64,000 bases of DNA from an uncultured Rhodospirillaceae bacterium (GCA_964474755.1 CAYYUG010000002.1:3096-67095); one strand, 5' to 3'. Shown: positions 29,364 to 41,500, numbered from the stretch's first letter. Made by a program: numbers and translations. Notes: generated from the letters alone by a model not told the origin.

Positions 29364-30824
29364 ATGATCACGACTCCCGATTTACTTGCTGCAGGACCGG
29401 AAATTTTTCTTGCTGCAATGGGGATGGTGCTGATGATGGTCGGTGTCTTCTCTCCCGAAAAACGCGCCCTCGGCATTGTCAGCGGCCTGACGGTGGCGTC
29501 TTTCACGGTCGTACTTGCCTATTACCTATTTTTGGCGTCCGGTGAACGTTCGGTCGTCTTTGCTGGCCTCTTCGTTACCGATGCTTTTGCTATATTTATG
29601 AAGGCACTGGTATTGCTGGGTGGAATTCTCGTGCTGCTGATGGGTGGCAGCTTCGTTCGGCGCGAGGGTATGGCCCGTTTCGAATTCCCGATCCTCGTCC
29701 TCTACGCCACCGTCGGCATGATGATGATGATTTCAGCGAATGATTTAATTTCGCTCTATATGGGTCTCGAACTGCAGAGCCTGTCACTCTACGTCATCGC
29801 CGCGATCCAGCGGGACCGTGTCCGTTCCTCGGAAGCGGGCTTAAAATATTTCGTGTTGGGTGCGTTGTCGTCTGGTTTGCTGCTGTATGGCTGCTCGATG
29901 ATCTATGGCTTCGCTGGGACGACTCAGTTCGAGGCACTCGCAAACCTATTCGACGGCAAGAGCGCTGAAGCGTCGGCGGGCTTAGTCGTTGGGATCGTCT
30001 TCCTGTCAGCCGGTCTTGCCTTTAAGGTTTCTGCCGTACCATTCCATATGTGGACGCCAGACGTCTATGAAGGGGCTCCGACGCCAGTTACCGCGTTCTT
30101 CGCCGTGGCACCGAAGGTCGCAGCGGTCGCCCTATTCTTGCGCGTGATGTTGGAGCCGTTTGGTGGGCTGATTGAGGAATGGCGACAGGTTATCATTGTG
30201 ATCTCCATTGCCTCGATGGTGCTGGGTGCCTTTGCTGCCATCGCGCAGAACAACATCAAGCGGCTAATGGCGTACAGCTCGATCGGTCATGTCGGTTATG
30301 CGCTTATCGGTCTTGCTGCTGGATCGGAGGAAGGTCTTCGCGGTGTATTGATCTACATGGCGATCTATCTCGTTATGAATGTTGGTGCCTTTGCTTGCAT
30401 CCTCAGCATGAAGGTGAATGACCGGATGGTGGAGAATATCGACGATCTGGCCGGCACAGCGAAGAGCCATCCGATGATGGCGCTTGGTATTCTGATTTTC
30501 ATGTTATCGCTGGCCGGCATTCCACCTATGGCGGGTTTCTTCGGCAAGTTTTTTATATTTCTGTCGGCGATCGAAGCGAAACTTTACACGGTTGCCGTGA
30601 TAGGTGTCCTATCAAGCGTTGTTGGCGCATACTACTATTTACGTATCGTCAAGATCGTATTCTTCGACGATCTTCTCGAGAAATTTGACAAGCCGATTGA
30701 CCGGCCGCTGCGTATGATAATGGCCGCGACGGGTGTTGTTACGCTTCTTTTCTTCATTTGGCCATCCCCACTCCTTGACAGCGCGAGCGTGGCCGCTGCC
30801 GCTCTGTTCGCGACGCCGGGCTAA
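29364..30824 (+). CDS. nuoN: NADH-quinone oxidoreductase subunit N
   Basis: [28 protein letters not shown]; last nuo gene. Confidence 0.96.
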   Translation: MITTPDLLAAGPEIFLAAMGMVLMMVGVFSPEKRALGIVSGLTVASFTVVLAYYLFLASGERSVVFAGLFVTDAFAIFMKALVLLGGILVLLMGGSFVRREGMARFEFPILVLYATVGMMMMISANDLISLYMGLELQSLSLYVIAAIQRDRVRSSEAGLKYFVLGALSSGLLLYGCSMIYGFAGTTQFEALANLFDGKSAEASAGLVVGIVFLSAGLAFKVSAVPFHMWTPDVYEGAPTPVTAFFAVAPKVAAVALFLRVMLEPFGGLIEEWRQVIIVISIASMVLGAFAAIAQNNIKRLMAYSSIGHVGYALIGLAAGSEEGLRGVLIYMAIYLVMNVGAFACILSMKVNDRMVENIDDLAGTAKSHPMMALGILIFMLSLAGIPPMAGFFGKFFIFLSAIEAKLYTVAVIGVLSSVVGAYYYLRIVKIVFFDDLLEKFDKPIDRPLRMIMAATGVVTLLFFIWPSPLLDSASVAAAALFATPG

Positions 30825-30838
30825 TCCGAACCACGCAC

Positions 30839-31588
30839 ATGCCTTCTCTTCCTGATGGTTGCACGCTCATTGAGCTCCAATCGGTTGGCTCGACGAACGA
30901 CGAAGCCCTCGCACGGGCACAGGATGGGGCAGCGGACGGTACGGTCGTATGGGCGCGTGAACAGACAGCGGGCCGGGGCAGGCGTGGGCGTGACTGGTCA
31001 TCACCTCTGGGTAACCTTTACACCTCGACAATTCTGCGGCCAGAGCGACCGACCGGGGAGGCGGCACAGCTTTCCCTCGTTGCCGCCGTGGCGCTCGCTT
31101 CGGCCTTGGATGCTATTCTGCCTGACCGCGTGAAGGTCGCCTGCAAATGGCCGAACGATATCCTCGTAGACGGCCAGAAGATCGCGGGGATACTATTGGA
31201 ATCACAAGGTAGTAGCGATGCGGTGAGCTGGATTGTGATCGGCTGCGGTGTAAACGTCGCGTCGCATCCGGAGATAACCGCCTATCCAGCAACTAATACA
31301 AATGCGGTGTGTGCCGACGCTGTTAGCCTGGAGGCGATACTCGAACATTATCTTGAGCAATTGTTTGTGTGGCGTGATCGCTGGTGCGAGGAGGGCATTG
31401 AGCCGGTGCGGCGGGCCTGGATCGACCGGGCTGCCGGGCTGGGTGGACCGATTATTGTGAGGTTACTGGACTGCGAAATGTCTGGGCGGTTTTATGACAT
31501 GGATGCCGACGGCGCCTTGTTGCTGGAATTGCCCGATGGCACGCGAAAGCGTATTACCGCGGGCGATGTTTTCATAGGGAGCGCCTGA
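30839..31588 (+). CDS. birA: biotin--[acetyl-CoA-carboxylase] ligase (no N-terminal repressor domain)
   Basis: QTAGRGRRGRDWSSPLGNLY (GRGRxGRxW) and KWPNDILVDGQKIAGILLE. A 249-aa class I enzyme. Confidence 0.9.
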   Translation: MPSLPDGCTLIELQSVGSTNDEALARAQDGAADGTVVWAREQTAGRGRRGRDWSSPLGNLYTSTILRPERPTGEAAQLSLVAAVALASALDAILPDRVKVACKWPNDILVDGQKIAGILLESQGSSDAVSWIVIGCGVNVASHPEITAYPATNTNAVCADAVSLEAILEHYLEQLFVWRDRWCEEGIEPVRRAWIDRAAGLGGPIIVRLLDCEMSGRFYDMDADGALLLELPDGTRKRITAGDVFIGSA

Positions 31589-31589
31589 C

Positions 31590-32363
31590 ATGCTGCTCGC
31601 GATTGATGCCGGCAATACCAACGTCGTCTTCGCTGTCTATAGCAAAGATCAGCTCAAAGGGGTCTTTCGATGCGCCAATGACCCCAACCGCACGGCCGAC
31701 GAATATGCTGTGTGGTTGAGCCAATTGATGCGACTTCGCGAAATACCGTTGGGGTCGATAACCGGTTGCATCATTGCATCAGTGGTGCCGCAAGGCCTTT
31801 TCAACCTCGTGTCGCTTTGCGAACGCTATTTTGGTGGTCCTCCACTAGTGATAGGCGAGGCTAATGTTGATATTGGGATCGACGTCCTTGTGGACCGCCC
31901 GGAACATGTCGGCGCGGACCGACTTGTCACAGCTGTCTCTGCGTATAACCGGTATGGAGGACCAGTGATTGTGATCGATTTTGGCACCGCTACAACCTTT
32001 GATGTGGTGGACGCGGATGGTAATTATTTTGGTGGTGTCATCGCACCAGGCATCAATCTGTCGGCAGAAGCCTTGCACATGGCCTCCGCGCAACTTCCCC
32101 GCGTGCGGGTTGAGCCGACAAAGGAAGTGATTGGGAAATCGACTATCCCGGCGATGAAGTCCGGTATTTTCTGGGGTTATATCGCGATGATTGAAGGGAT
32201 GATCGCACGGATTAAACAGGAATACGGGGTATCGATGAAGGTTGTTGCGACGGGGGGGCTCGCTGCGCTATTTGCGGAATCGACGGATTCCATTGATCAA
32301 ACGGACCGTGAACTGACAATCCGTGGCTTGCTGGAAGTCTACAATCGGAACAATGGCGCATGA
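31590..32363 (+). CDS. coaX: type III pantothenate kinase
   Basis: MLLAIDAGNTN, VGADRLV, IVIDFGTATTFD, VATGGLA. Confidence 0.92.
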   Translation: MLLAIDAGNTNVVFAVYSKDQLKGVFRCANDPNRTADEYAVWLSQLMRLREIPLGSITGCIIASVVPQGLFNLVSLCERYFGGPPLVIGEANVDIGIDVLVDRPEHVGADRLVTAVSAYNRYGGPVIVIDFGTATTFDVVDADGNYFGGVIAPGINLSAEALHMASAQLPRVRVEPTKEVIGKSTIPAMKSGIFWGYIAMIEGMIARIKQEYGVSMKVVATGGLAALFAESTDSIDQTDRELTIRGLLEVYNRNNGA

Positions 32364-34039
32364 TTGGTTTCGCTGAGTCGGGAGAGCCCGGAGACGACGA
32401 GTTGCTGTTCCTGTCTCTCGGCGGGGCGGGTGAGATCGGCATGAATCTTAATCTTTATGGTCATGCGGGTGTTTGGTTGATGGTTGATCTCGGTATCACC
32501 TTTGGAGACGATGAGACGCCTGGCATTGATGTGATCATGCCCGATCCCACATTTATTGAGGAACGCGCCGACAGGCTCGCTGGGCTGGTTCTCACCCACG
32601 CGCATGAGGATCATATCGGAGCTGTGCCGCACCTGTGGCCGCGACTGCGCTGCCCGCTATACGCGACACCCTTCACCGCTAGCATCTTGCGCCGTAAGTT
32701 GACCGAAGCGGGACTTAAGGACACAGCGCCTATAACCGAAATACCGTTATCGGGACGTTTCGACGTTGGACCATTTGATATCCAACTGATAACACTGACC
32801 CATTCGATCCCTGAGCCCAACGCTTGCGTCATCCGGACTGTTGCCGGTTCGGTAATGCACACTGGTGACTGGAAACTCGATCCCGATCCGAGGGTCGGGC
32901 CCAGCACGGATGAAGCGGCGCTAATCCGCGCAGGCAAAGAAGGTATCCTGGCGATGGTCTGCGATTCGACCAATGCTCTGGTGCAGGGTAGTTCTGGCTC
33001 GGAAGGGGATGTGCGCGAAATATTGACGGAAAAGATAGGCCGCTTCGACAACCGGGTCGTCGTAGCTTGTTTCGCGTCCAACGTTGCCCGCCTCAATTCG
33101 ATTGCCCATGCGGCGGCAGCACACGATCGGAGCGTCGGTCTAGTCGGGCGGTCTTTGTGGCGGTTTTATGAGGCGTCGCAGGAAAATGGCTACCTGACTG
33201 ACATCCCGCGTTTTTTGTCACCGAAGGAGGCGGCATTGCTGCCGCGCGACAAGGTTCTGCTGATTTGCACCGGCAGTCAGGGCGAGCCGCGCTCCGCACT
33301 GGCGAGGATTGCCCGCGATGATCATCCGGATGTGGCACTCGATCAAGGCGATGCAGTGATATTTTCCAGCCGCATCATTCCCGGCAACGAGAAGTCCATC
33401 GGCCGCTTGCAGAACCGGCTGACCGAACTGGGTGTTGAATTGCTCACCACCTACGATGAAAAGCTTATCCACGTGTCGGGCCATCCGGCGCGCGATGAGC
33501 TGGCGCAGATGTATCAGTGGATCCAGCCGAAAATAGCAGTACCAGTGCATGGCGAGATGCGTCACATGCAAGCGCATGTGCAACTGGCACAGGAGTGTCA
33601 GGTGCCGGAAGCCTATTTGGCCCCAAACGGCACACTGCTTAAGCTCGCCCCAGGGCAGGCGGAGGTGGTGGATGAGGTGTTCAGTGGGCGGTTGGCGTTG
33701 GATGGCAGCCGTCTTATATCTATGGGAAGCGGTGCCCTTCGCGAGCGACGTAAAATTCTACATAGCGGCGCTGCCATAGTCACAGTGGTGGTCGACGAGA
33801 CAGGCGAACTGGAGGCAGACCCTCAAGTCTCTACGCATGGCGTCTTCGATTTAGAAGAAGATTTTGCAATTGCCGCTTCGCTGATTGATGCAGCGGCAGA
33901 TGCAGTAGATGACCTGCCGCGTAAATCTCGGCTGAAGGATGATCATGTCCAAGAAGCGGTAAGGCTTGCTGTCCGGCGCCGGCTGCGTGCGCTCTGTGGC
34001 AAGCGGCCCATGGTTAATGTACATCTGGTGCGATTGTAG
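32360..34039 (+). CDS. rnj: ribonuclease J (metallo-beta-lactamase/beta-CASP)
   Basis: LTHAHEDHIGAVPHLW, HTGDWKLD, VHVSGHPARDEL. ATGA overlap with coaX. Confidence 0.9.
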   Translation: MIGFAESGEPGDDELLFLSLGGAGEIGMNLNLYGHAGVWLMVDLGITFGDDETPGIDVIMPDPTFIEERADRLAGLVLTHAHEDHIGAVPHLWPRLRCPLYATPFTASILRRKLTEAGLKDTAPITEIPLSGRFDVGPFDIQLITLTHSIPEPNACVIRTVAGSVMHTGDWKLDPDPRVGPSTDEAALIRAGKEGILAMVCDSTNALVQGSSGSEGDVREILTEKIGRFDNRVVVACFASNVARLNSIAHAAAAHDRSVGLVGRSLWRFYEASQENGYLTDIPRFLSPKEAALLPRDKVLLICTGSQGEPRSALARIARDDHPDVALDQGDAVIFSSRIIPGNEKSIGRLQNRLTELGVELLTTYDEKLIHVSGHPARDELAQMYQWIQPKIAVPVHGEMRHMQAHVQLAQECQVPEAYLAPNGTLLKLAPGQAEVVDEVFSGRLALDGSRLISMGSGALRERRKILHSGAAIVTVVVDETGELEADPQVSTHGVFDLEEDFAIAASLIDAAADAVDDLPRKSRLKDDHVQEAVRLAVRRRLRALCGKRPMVNVHLVRL

Positions 34040-34069
34040 GTACAGACGCGAAACTCAGGAGACGAGGTG

Positions 34070-34474
34070 ATGATCGGTCGTTTGAACCATGTGGCAATTG
34101 CTGTTCCCGACTTAGAGGTGGCGCTTGCCATGTACCGCGATGCGTTGGGCGCAACCGTGACTGAGCCGAAGGATTTGCCGGAACATGGCGTCACGGTGGT
34201 CTTCGTTGAATTGGACAATAGTAAGATCGAACTTCTGCAACCGTTGGGCAGGGTGTCGCCGATTAAATCCTTCCTCGATAAGAATCCATCTGGTGGTATG
34301 CATCATGTTTGCTTTGAGGTGCCGGACATTTACGCCGCTCGGGACCAATTGATCGAACAGGGTGCAAGAGTGTTGGGCGATGGCGAGCCAAAGAACGGCG
34401 CGCATGAAAAGCCGGTCATTTTCCTGCATCCAAAGGATTTCGCGGGTACGCTCGTAGAGCTAGAGCAAGTTTAG
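34070..34474 (+). CDS. mce: methylmalonyl-CoA epimerase (VOC/glyoxalase fold)
   Basis: LNHVAIAVPDLEVALAMYRDALGA, ELLQPLG..SPI..FL, GGMHHVCFEV, FLHPKDFAGTLVELEQ. The alternative GTG start at 34067 adds one codon. Confidence 0.88.
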   Translation: MIGRLNHVAIAVPDLEVALAMYRDALGATVTEPKDLPEHGVTVVFVELDNSKIELLQPLGRVSPIKSFLDKNPSGGMHHVCFEVPDIYAARDQLIEQGARVLGDGEPKNGAHEKPVIFLHPKDFAGTLVELEQV

Positions 34475-34476
34475 CA

Positions 34477-34716
34477 ATGGGTTGGGTCGGCACCGGTATT
34501 ACCTTCATCATCACTTGGTGGATGGTTTTTTTTATGGCTCTGCCCTGGGGTGTCCGGCGTCAAGACGACCCCGAACCAGGACATGAAGCCGGTGCGCCGG
34601 AGAACCCGAGGCTCTGGCTGAAGGTTGGTGTAACGACAGGCCTTGCTTTCGTGATCACGGTACTCGCCTGGGTAGTAGTTGATCTCGGATGGATTAGTAT
34701 TCGGGATAACGATTAG
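34477..34716 (+). CDS. DUF1467-family small membrane protein
   Basis: 79 aa with two TM segments separated by RRQDDPEPGHEAGAP. It has the conserved position after mce in alphaproteobacteria. Confidence 0.75.
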   Translation: MGWVGTGITFIITWWMVFFMALPWGVRRQDDPEPGHEAGAPENPRLWLKVGVTTGLAFVITVLAWVVVDLGWISIRDND

Positions 34717-34980
34717 CCGGCACGATTTGGCCTGTATTTTTTATGGCTTCGTCATGCCGAGGATAGGTAATGGCAAGCCTTGGAGCCGCCGTTCAGGTGT
34801 TCTTTGATTCTATCAATGCGTGGGCGGCCAGCTTTACTGCGGTCCAGAGTTCCACATAGGACTACATTTTATTGTTGAATATCACTCATCCACTAACGTT
34901 ACCTAGCAGCCGGGTGGCGGTGCCAGTGACAAATAGGCTCGCGCTTGTGTATGTTTAGGCTTCGGACGACTTGCAAATCA

Positions 34981-34997
34981 ATTTACCTTAGGTAAAT
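34981..34997. promoter_or_regulatory. 17-bp perfect palindrome in the long DUF1467-proS intergenic region (operator-like)
   Basis: ATTTACCT-t-AGGTAAAT, 8-bp arms, read directly. Confidence 0.3.
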
Positions 34998-35254
34998 GAG
35001 TATTCCGTTGCGCTGACGCTGTTAAAAGGGTGTGTGGCCGGTTTCGGCGAGACCTTGTTGGACATCGGCAAAGCTGGCTATGACATGAGGCCTGTTGTTC
35101 GACCCTGAGTGATAGGCACCTAAACCCTATAGAATCATGTCGCATTTCTAGGAAGTAGAAGGACCAGTTGCGAGACGTGAAGTAGCGTGGACAAGCTACC
35201 GGGCAATCCCTACATTCGCGATGAATACTTGAAATTCCCAAGCGAGCAGCCGTT

Positions 35255-36574
35255 ATGCGTCTCTCTCAATATTTTCTCCCTACCTTAAAGGAAACGCCCA
35301 GCGAAGCGCAGATCGTTTCGCACCGATACATGCTGCGCGCCGGTATGATCCGCCAAGCGAGTGCCGGGATTTATTCCTGGCTTCCCATGGGCTATCGGGT
35401 CCTAAAGAATATCGAACAAATTGTGCGCGAAGAACAGAATGCGTCCGGAGCGCAGGAAGTGCTGATGCCGACGATCCAATCTGCTGATCTATGGCGGCAG
35501 AGTGGCCGTTATGAGGATTACGGGCTGGAAATGTTGCGCATCACTGACCGACATGATCGCGAAATGCTATACGGCCCAACTAACGAGGAACTCATCACTG
35601 AGATATTTGGTGCCCACGTGAAGAGTTACCGTCACCTACCGCGGAACCTGTATCACATCCAATGGAAGTTCCGTGATGAGGTGCGCCCCCGGTTTGGCGT
35701 TATGCGTGGCCGTGAATTTCTAATGAAAGACGCTTACTCCTTCGATCTGGACCCTGAGGCGGGAAGGGTGGCGTACAACAAGATGTTTGTCTCGTATCTA
35801 CGTACATACGCACGCCTGGAACTGCAGGCGATCCCGATGCAGGCGGAGACCGGGCCGATCGGCGGTGATATGAGCCATGAATTCATCATCTTGGCCGATA
35901 CGGGTGAAAGCGAGGTATTCTGCCATCGAGATTTTCTGGAGCGCGACGTACTGCAACGCGATATCGATTATGATTCCAATCTGCAGCCCCTGGTAGATGA
36001 ATGGACTAGCCTCTACGCTGCGACGGACGAAATGCACGATGTTGTGCGCTTTGAAAGCGAGGTGCCAGAGGATCGGCGTATAACCGCGCGCGGCATCGAA
36101 GTCGGGCACATCTTTTTCTTTGGCGACAAGTACTCAAAACCGCTCGGCGCCTTCGTTTCGACGTTGGACGGGCAAGAGGTGCCGGTTCAGATGGGATCGT
36201 ACGGGATCGGCGTGTCGCGCCTGGTCGGCGCGATTATCGAAGCGAGCCATGACGACAAGGGTATTATCTGGCCGGAGTCGGTGGCCCCTTTCAAGGTTGG
36301 GATCGTCAACCTTCGCACTGGAGATGATGCCTGCGATGATGCCTGCGATGATATGTATGTGAAGCTCAGCAACGCTGGCGTGGACGTTCTTTACGATGAT
36401 CGAGAGGAGCGGGCAGGCGCCAAGTTCGCCGATATGGATTTGATTGGTCTGCCTTGGCAGCTTATCGCTGGTCCGCGTGGTCTGAAAGACGGCAACGTTG
36501 AGCTCAAGAACCGTCGTACAGGGGAAACTGAAAAACTGAGCGTTGACGCGACACTGACCCGGCTAATCGGATAG
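35255..36574 (+). CDS. proS: proline--tRNA ligase (short alphaproteobacterial type without the large editing insertion)
   Basis: [34 protein letters not shown], class II motifs ([25 protein letters not shown]; GSYGIGVSR). 439 aa. Confidence 0.95.
   Translation: MRLSQYFLPTLKETPSEAQIVSHRYMLRAGMIRQASAGIYSWLPMGYRVLKNIEQIVREEQNASGAQEVLMPTIQSADLWRQSGRYEDYGLEMLRITDRHDREMLYGPTNEELITEIFGAHVKSYRHLPRNLYHIQWKFRDEVRPRFGVMRGREFLMKDAYSFDLDPEAGRVAYNKMFVSYLRTYARLELQAIPMQAETGPIGGDMSHEFIILADTGESEVFCHRDFLERDVLQRDIDYDSNLQPLVDEWTSLYAATDEMHDVVRFESEVPEDRRITARGIEVGHIFFFGDKYSKPLGAFVSTLDGQEVPVQMGSYGIGVSRLVGAIIEASHDDKGIIWPESVAPFKVGIVNLRTGDDACDDACDDMYVKLSNAGVDVLYDDREERAGAKFADMDLIGLPWQLIAGPRGLKDGNVELKNRRTGETEKLSVDATLTRLIG
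36323..36352 (+). repeat. in-frame 12-nt tandem repeat (2.5 copies) inside proS
   Basis: gatgatgcctgc gatgatgcctgc gatgat encodes [10 protein letters not shown]. Confidence 0.9.
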
Positions 36575-36584
36575 GGCCCGCAGG

Positions 36585-37829
36585 GTGTTTGGCGCATTCG
36601 AACGCATCGTCGCGCTGCGCTATCTGCGTGCCCGGCGACAGGAAGGGTTCATTTCGGTCATCGCATTTTTCTCACTGACGGGCATCACACTGGGAGTGGC
36701 CACCTTAATTATCGTGATGGCTGTCATGAATGGCTTCCGTCATGAATTGCTGTACCGCATTCTCGGCGTCAACGGCCATGTAAACGTTATTGCCAGCACT
36801 AAGAGCCTCGATGATTTCGACGCGACTGCGTCGAAGATCAATGAGGTGTCCGGAGTGGTGAGTGCCGCGCCCATCGTCGAAGGACAGGTCATGGCGACGG
36901 CCAACGGTTTGGCGAATGGGGCGCTGGTGCGCGGCGTGCGGAAAGAGGATTTCCTGCGCCGTCCCTTGCTGGCCGATAGCATCGTTGCCGGGGAATTGGA
37001 TGGCTTCGAGGACGGGAAGGGCGTAATTGTCGGCAGCCGCATGGCGCAAGGGATGCGATTGAGGCCAGGGCAAAAAGTGACTTTGGTCTCGCCGCAGGGC
37101 AATCCCAGCGCGTTTGGTACGGTGCCGCGCATGAAAGCTTATCGTGTTGCTGCCATATTCGATGTTGGCATGTCGGAGTACGATAGTTCGTTCATCTATA
37201 TGCCGTTCAAGCAGGCGCAGCTATTTTTTCGAAAGAAAGGCGAAGCGACGTCGATCGAGGTAATTACAGATAATCCCGACCGGGCATACAGTATTGGTTC
37301 CGACATTCGCCAGGCGATCGGTGCCGGTTATCGGGTGGTCGATTGGCAGCGTATCAATTCGAGTTTCTTTACCGCGCTTCAGGTGGAACGTGTCGTTATG
37401 TTTCTGATCCTGGCACTGATCATTGTTGTTGCCGTGTTCAACGTTATCTCCAGCCAGATCATGCTGGTCAATGACAAGGGTAAAGGAATTGCGATACTAC
37501 GGACCATGGGGGCGACCCGGGGAATGATCCTGCGAATCTTCTTTATGACAGGCGCTAGCGTTGGAATTATTGGTACTGTTGTTGGCAGTGTGCTCGGCAT
37601 TGCTTTTGCCCGAAATATTGAGACCCTCCGGCAGTTGCTGCAAGGAGCCACCGGAACGGACCTCTTTGATTCGACAGTCTACTATCTGTCGCGTTTGCCG
37701 GCAAAAATCGACCCGATAGAAGCGGGTGCCGTGGTTGTTATGGCGCTGACCTTGTCTTTTATAGCTTCAATTCTTCCGGCACGTCGGGCGGCGCGTCTCG
37801 ATCCGGTAGAAGTGCTGCGCTATGAGTGA
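36585..37829 (+). CDS. lolC: lipoprotein-releasing ABC transporter permease (LolC/LolE family)
   Basis: [30 protein letters not shown], a large periplasmic loop, and a C-terminal FtsX-like 3-TM domain. Followed by lolD. Confidence 0.88.
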   Translation: MFGAFERIVALRYLRARRQEGFISVIAFFSLTGITLGVATLIIVMAVMNGFRHELLYRILGVNGHVNVIASTKSLDDFDATASKINEVSGVVSAAPIVEGQVMATANGLANGALVRGVRKEDFLRRPLLADSIVAGELDGFEDGKGVIVGSRMAQGMRLRPGQKVTLVSPQGNPSAFGTVPRMKAYRVAAIFDVGMSEYDSSFIYMPFKQAQLFFRKKGEATSIEVITDNPDRAYSIGSDIRQAIGAGYRVVDWQRINSSFFTALQVERVVMFLILALIIVVAVFNVISSQIMLVNDKGKGIAILRTMGATRGMILRIFFMTGASVGIIGTVVGSVLGIAFARNIETLRQLLQGATGTDLFDSTVYYLSRLPAKIDPIEAGAVVVMALTLSFIASILPARRAARLDPVEVLRYE

Positions 37830-38505
37830 CCCTACAATACTCGGGCTTGATGCCGTCGTTCGGACCTACAAGCAGGTAGCAACGGCACTCGAAGTGATCC
37901 GTGGCGCATCGCTCAATGTGCCGGCTGGCGAGCTGGTTGGTTTGATTGGGCCGTCAGGTGCTGGTAAATCAACCCTACTGCATGTCGCTGGGCTGCTTGA
38001 ACTGCCTGATTGCGGTGAGGTGCGTATCGTCGGTCGGGCTTGCGGTGCAATGTCCGATAGCGAACGAACCGCCTTGCGCCGCAACGAAATCGGCTTTGTT
38101 TATCAATTTCATCATCTATTACCGGAATTCTCTGCGCTGGAAAATGTAATGCTGCCACAAATGATTGCGGGTCGGTCGCGACGCGACGCGAGGCAAAGGG
38201 CGACAGAATTAATCGAATCGGTTGGCCTGCGTGACCGGGCTAGTCATCGACCAGCCCGGCTGTCTGGTGGCGAACAGCAACGGGTTGCCATTGCTCGTGC
38301 ATTGGCGAACGGTCCGAGATTGTTGTTGGCAGATGAGCCAACGGGCAATCTCGATTCCCATACGGCGGAGGATGTCTTCGGATTGTTGATTGATTTCGTT
38401 CGCGAAAGCGGCCTGGCTGCGGTGATTGCGACGCACAATTTGGAACTGGCCTCAAAAATGGATTGGGTGGTTCGTCTTGAGGACGGCAAGTTGGTTCCCG
38501 CTTAG
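37822..38505 (+). CDS. lolD: lipoprotein-releasing ABC transporter ATP-binding protein
   Basis: [35 protein letters not shown]. Overlaps the lolC end. Confidence 0.9.
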   Translation: MSDPTILGLDAVVRTYKQVATALEVIRGASLNVPAGELVGLIGPSGAGKSTLLHVAGLLELPDCGEVRIVGRACGAMSDSERTALRRNEIGFVYQFHHLLPEFSALENVMLPQMIAGRSRRDARQRATELIESVGLRDRASHRPARLSGGEQQRVAIARALANGPRLLLADEPTGNLDSHTAEDVFGLLIDFVRESGLAAVIATHNLELASKMDWVVRLEDGKLVPA

Positions 38506-38588
38506 ACGGATTCTTTGCTTAAACTGAGATCGGTTATTCGGCATTCTATCGCTCAGAACGCATCAACGAGCCGTCAGGGAGTGTCCGT

Positions 38589-41500
38589 ATGCCGCATGCG
38601 GATTTCGTACATTTAAGAGTGCACGACGCCTTCTCGTTATCTGAGGGCGCTATCAAGATTCCGGATTTAACGACACTCTGTGCCAAATACGACATGCCCG
38701 CCGTTGGAGTAGCGGATACGTGCAACCTATTTGGCGCTTTGGAGTTCTCGCTCGCTGCCCGTGGTAAGGGCATACAGCCGATTATCGGCTGCCAGGTCGC
38801 TGTACAGCGCGAGGACGCAAATGTGAATGGTGGCGCGAACCTCGGCAGTGATTGGATTGTGCTCCTAGCTCAATCGGAGGAAGGGTATGGGAACCTTCTC
38901 AATCTGGTGAGCCGCTCATATTTAAGCTCCCCCACAGAAGATGGACCACAAATCACATTTGAGGATCTTGAGACCTGCAATGCTGGCCTCATCGCCCTGA
39001 CCGGTGGGGTAAGTGGAGGGGTAGGTCGGCTGCTGGTCGATGGGCAGAGGCCTGCAGCGGAGGAGATGCTCCTTCGCCTGGCGACCCTATTCAAAGATCG
39101 TATTTATATTGAACTTATGCGCCATGGCCAGCCTGAAGAGGAACAGATTGAGCCGGCGTTGGTCGAGATGGCTTACATTCATAACTTACCTTTGGTTGCC
39201 ACTAATGAAGTATTTTTCGCCGATCGCAGCATGTATGAAGCACATGATGCGCTGATGTGTATTGCAGCGGGTGCCACCGTATCTCGGACGGATCGGCGGC
39301 GGGTTACGCCGGAACATTATTTCAAGTCGCCGGAAGAAATGCGCGAACTATTCGACGACCTGCCGGAGGCGATTGATAACACAATCGTTGTAGCACAGCG
39401 TTGCGCTTACATGCCGGATACAAGAGCACCGATTTTACCGCCTTACCCAAAATTGCAGGGCAGGGGTGAGGAGGAGGTTCTCCGGGAGATGGCGGCCGAA
39501 GGGCTGGAAAAACGGCTGGGAGGCCAGGTATACGACGAGAGGCACAGCGCAGAGGAGCGAGGAGCGATAGCTAAGCCTTATCGCGAGCGGATGCAGTATG
39601 AGTTGGATGTCATCGTGCAAATGGGCTTTTCCGGCTATTTCCTGATCGTCGCAGACTTTATCCAATGGGCGAAGAACGAGGACATCCCAGTGGGCCCAGG
39701 TCGTGGCTCTGGTGCGGGCTCGGTCGTCGCCTGGGCATTGACGATAACTGATCTCGACCCCCTGCGCTTTGACTTGTTGTTCGAGCGTTTCCTAAATCCA
39801 GAACGCGTGTCGATGCCGGACTTCGATATCGATTTCTGTAAGGACCGGCGAGATGATGTAATCCGCTACGTGCAGAATGAATACGGACATGATCGAGTTG
39901 CCCAGATTATTACTTTTGGAAAATTGGAAGCGCGCGCGGTGCTGCGCGATGTCGGCCGGGTATTAGAGATGCCATATGGTCAGGTTGACCGGATCAGCAA
40001 GCTAGTCCCCTACAACCCAGCCAACCCAGTTAACCTGCAAAAGGCGCTCGACGACGAGCCAATGTTGCAGGAAATGCGCAAGGAAGACCCGTCCGTCGAC
40101 AGGCTTGTCGGCATGTCATTGAAGTTAGAAGGTTTATACCGGCACGCTTCGACACACGCAGCGGGAGTGGTGATCGGCGACCGCCCACTGCAAGAACTGG
40201 TGCCACTATATCGGGATTCGCGGTCGACCATGCCGGTGACCCAATTCAACATGAAATATGTCGAGCAGGCAGGTCTAGTGAAGTTTGACTTCCTGGGACT
40301 TAAGACATTGACCGTGTTGTCCAGTGCGGTCAGGCGGTTACGGGAACGCGGCGTAGAAATTTCACTTAATCAACTGCCCCTCGACGATAAGAAGACCTTT
40401 GACATGTTATGCCAGGCGGATACGACTGGTGTGTTCCAATTGGAAAGTACTGGTTTGCGGGATGTGTTGAAAAAATTGAAACCGGACCGTTTCGAGGACA
40501 TCATTGCTGTTGTTGCGCTTTATCGGCCGGGCCCGATGGATAACATCCCAAGTTTCATTAAGCGCAAGCATGGCCAGGAGAGGCCTGATTATCTGCACCC
40601 TTCGCTGGAGGGGATCCTTAAGGAGACCTACGGTATTATGATATACCAGGAACAGGTCATGCAGATTGCGCAGACACTGTCTGGTTTCAGTCTCGGTGGC
40701 GCTGACCTGCTTCGTCGCGCTATGGGTAAAAAAATACAGGCGGAGATGGATGCACAGCGGCACAATTTTGTTGGAGGGGCCGTAGCCAATGATGTCGAAG
40801 AAGGTGTGGCTGGCCGTATATTTGACCAGGTAGCCAAGTTTGCCGGGTATGGTTTCAACAAATCGCATGCTGCTGCGTACGCGCTTGTCGCCTATCAGAC
40901 GGCCTATTTAAAAGCCAACTATCCGGTGGAATTTCTTGCCGCCTCAATGAGCGAGGATATGGGCAATACCGACAAACTTGGCTTGTTCCGGGCCGAACTC
41001 GACCGTATGGGCATCGCGCTGTTGCCTCCGGACATCAATCGATCGGAAGTGGATTTCGCAGTGGAGAGGGTGAATGATAGCGAGAGCGCGGTCCGTTATG
41101 CCCTGGCTGCACTGAAGAATGTCGGCGCGACAGCGATGGAGACGGTTGTCCGAGAGCGAAAGGAGAAAGGGCTTTTCGAATCTCCGTTCGATTTCGCTGG
41201 GCGGCTCGATAACGGCGTGATGAACAAGCGGCAGATCGAAAACCTTGCCCGCGCCGGCGCTTTCGATAGCCTTAATCCCAATCGTCGGCAGGTTTTCGAA
41301 GCGGTGGATACCCTCGTGCGCCATGCCAACGCTGCGCAAATTGATCGCGAAAGCAAACAGGTGAACCTATTTGGCGTCGAAGATACAGCGGCTGTTATCC
41401 CACCACTGCTAGAAATGGAGGAGTGGGTGGTGCAGGAACGGCTACAACAGGAGTTCGAGGCGGTGGGCTTCTACCTATCCTCTCACCCCCTGGAATCCTA

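Noticed and set aside
34804-34816. TTGAT-tct-ATCAA as an FNR/CRP-type box upstream of proS.
   Set aside because: The spacer is 3 nt rather than the 4 nt of the TTGAT-N4-ATCAA consensus. There is no functional rationale for FNR control of proS. It is kept only as a note within the spacer finding.
35090-35115. GTTGTTCGACCCTGAG as a possible tRNA or tmRNA T-loop in the proS upstream spacer.
   Set aside because: There are no complementary T-stem arms, no acceptor stem and no CCA context. No tmRNA tag-like reading frame (ANDN...) is nearby.
36323-36352. Tandem 12-mer as a possible CRISPR or minisatellite array.
   Set aside because: There are only 2.5 copies, no spacers, and it is in-frame inside proS. 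It is a simple coding duplication.
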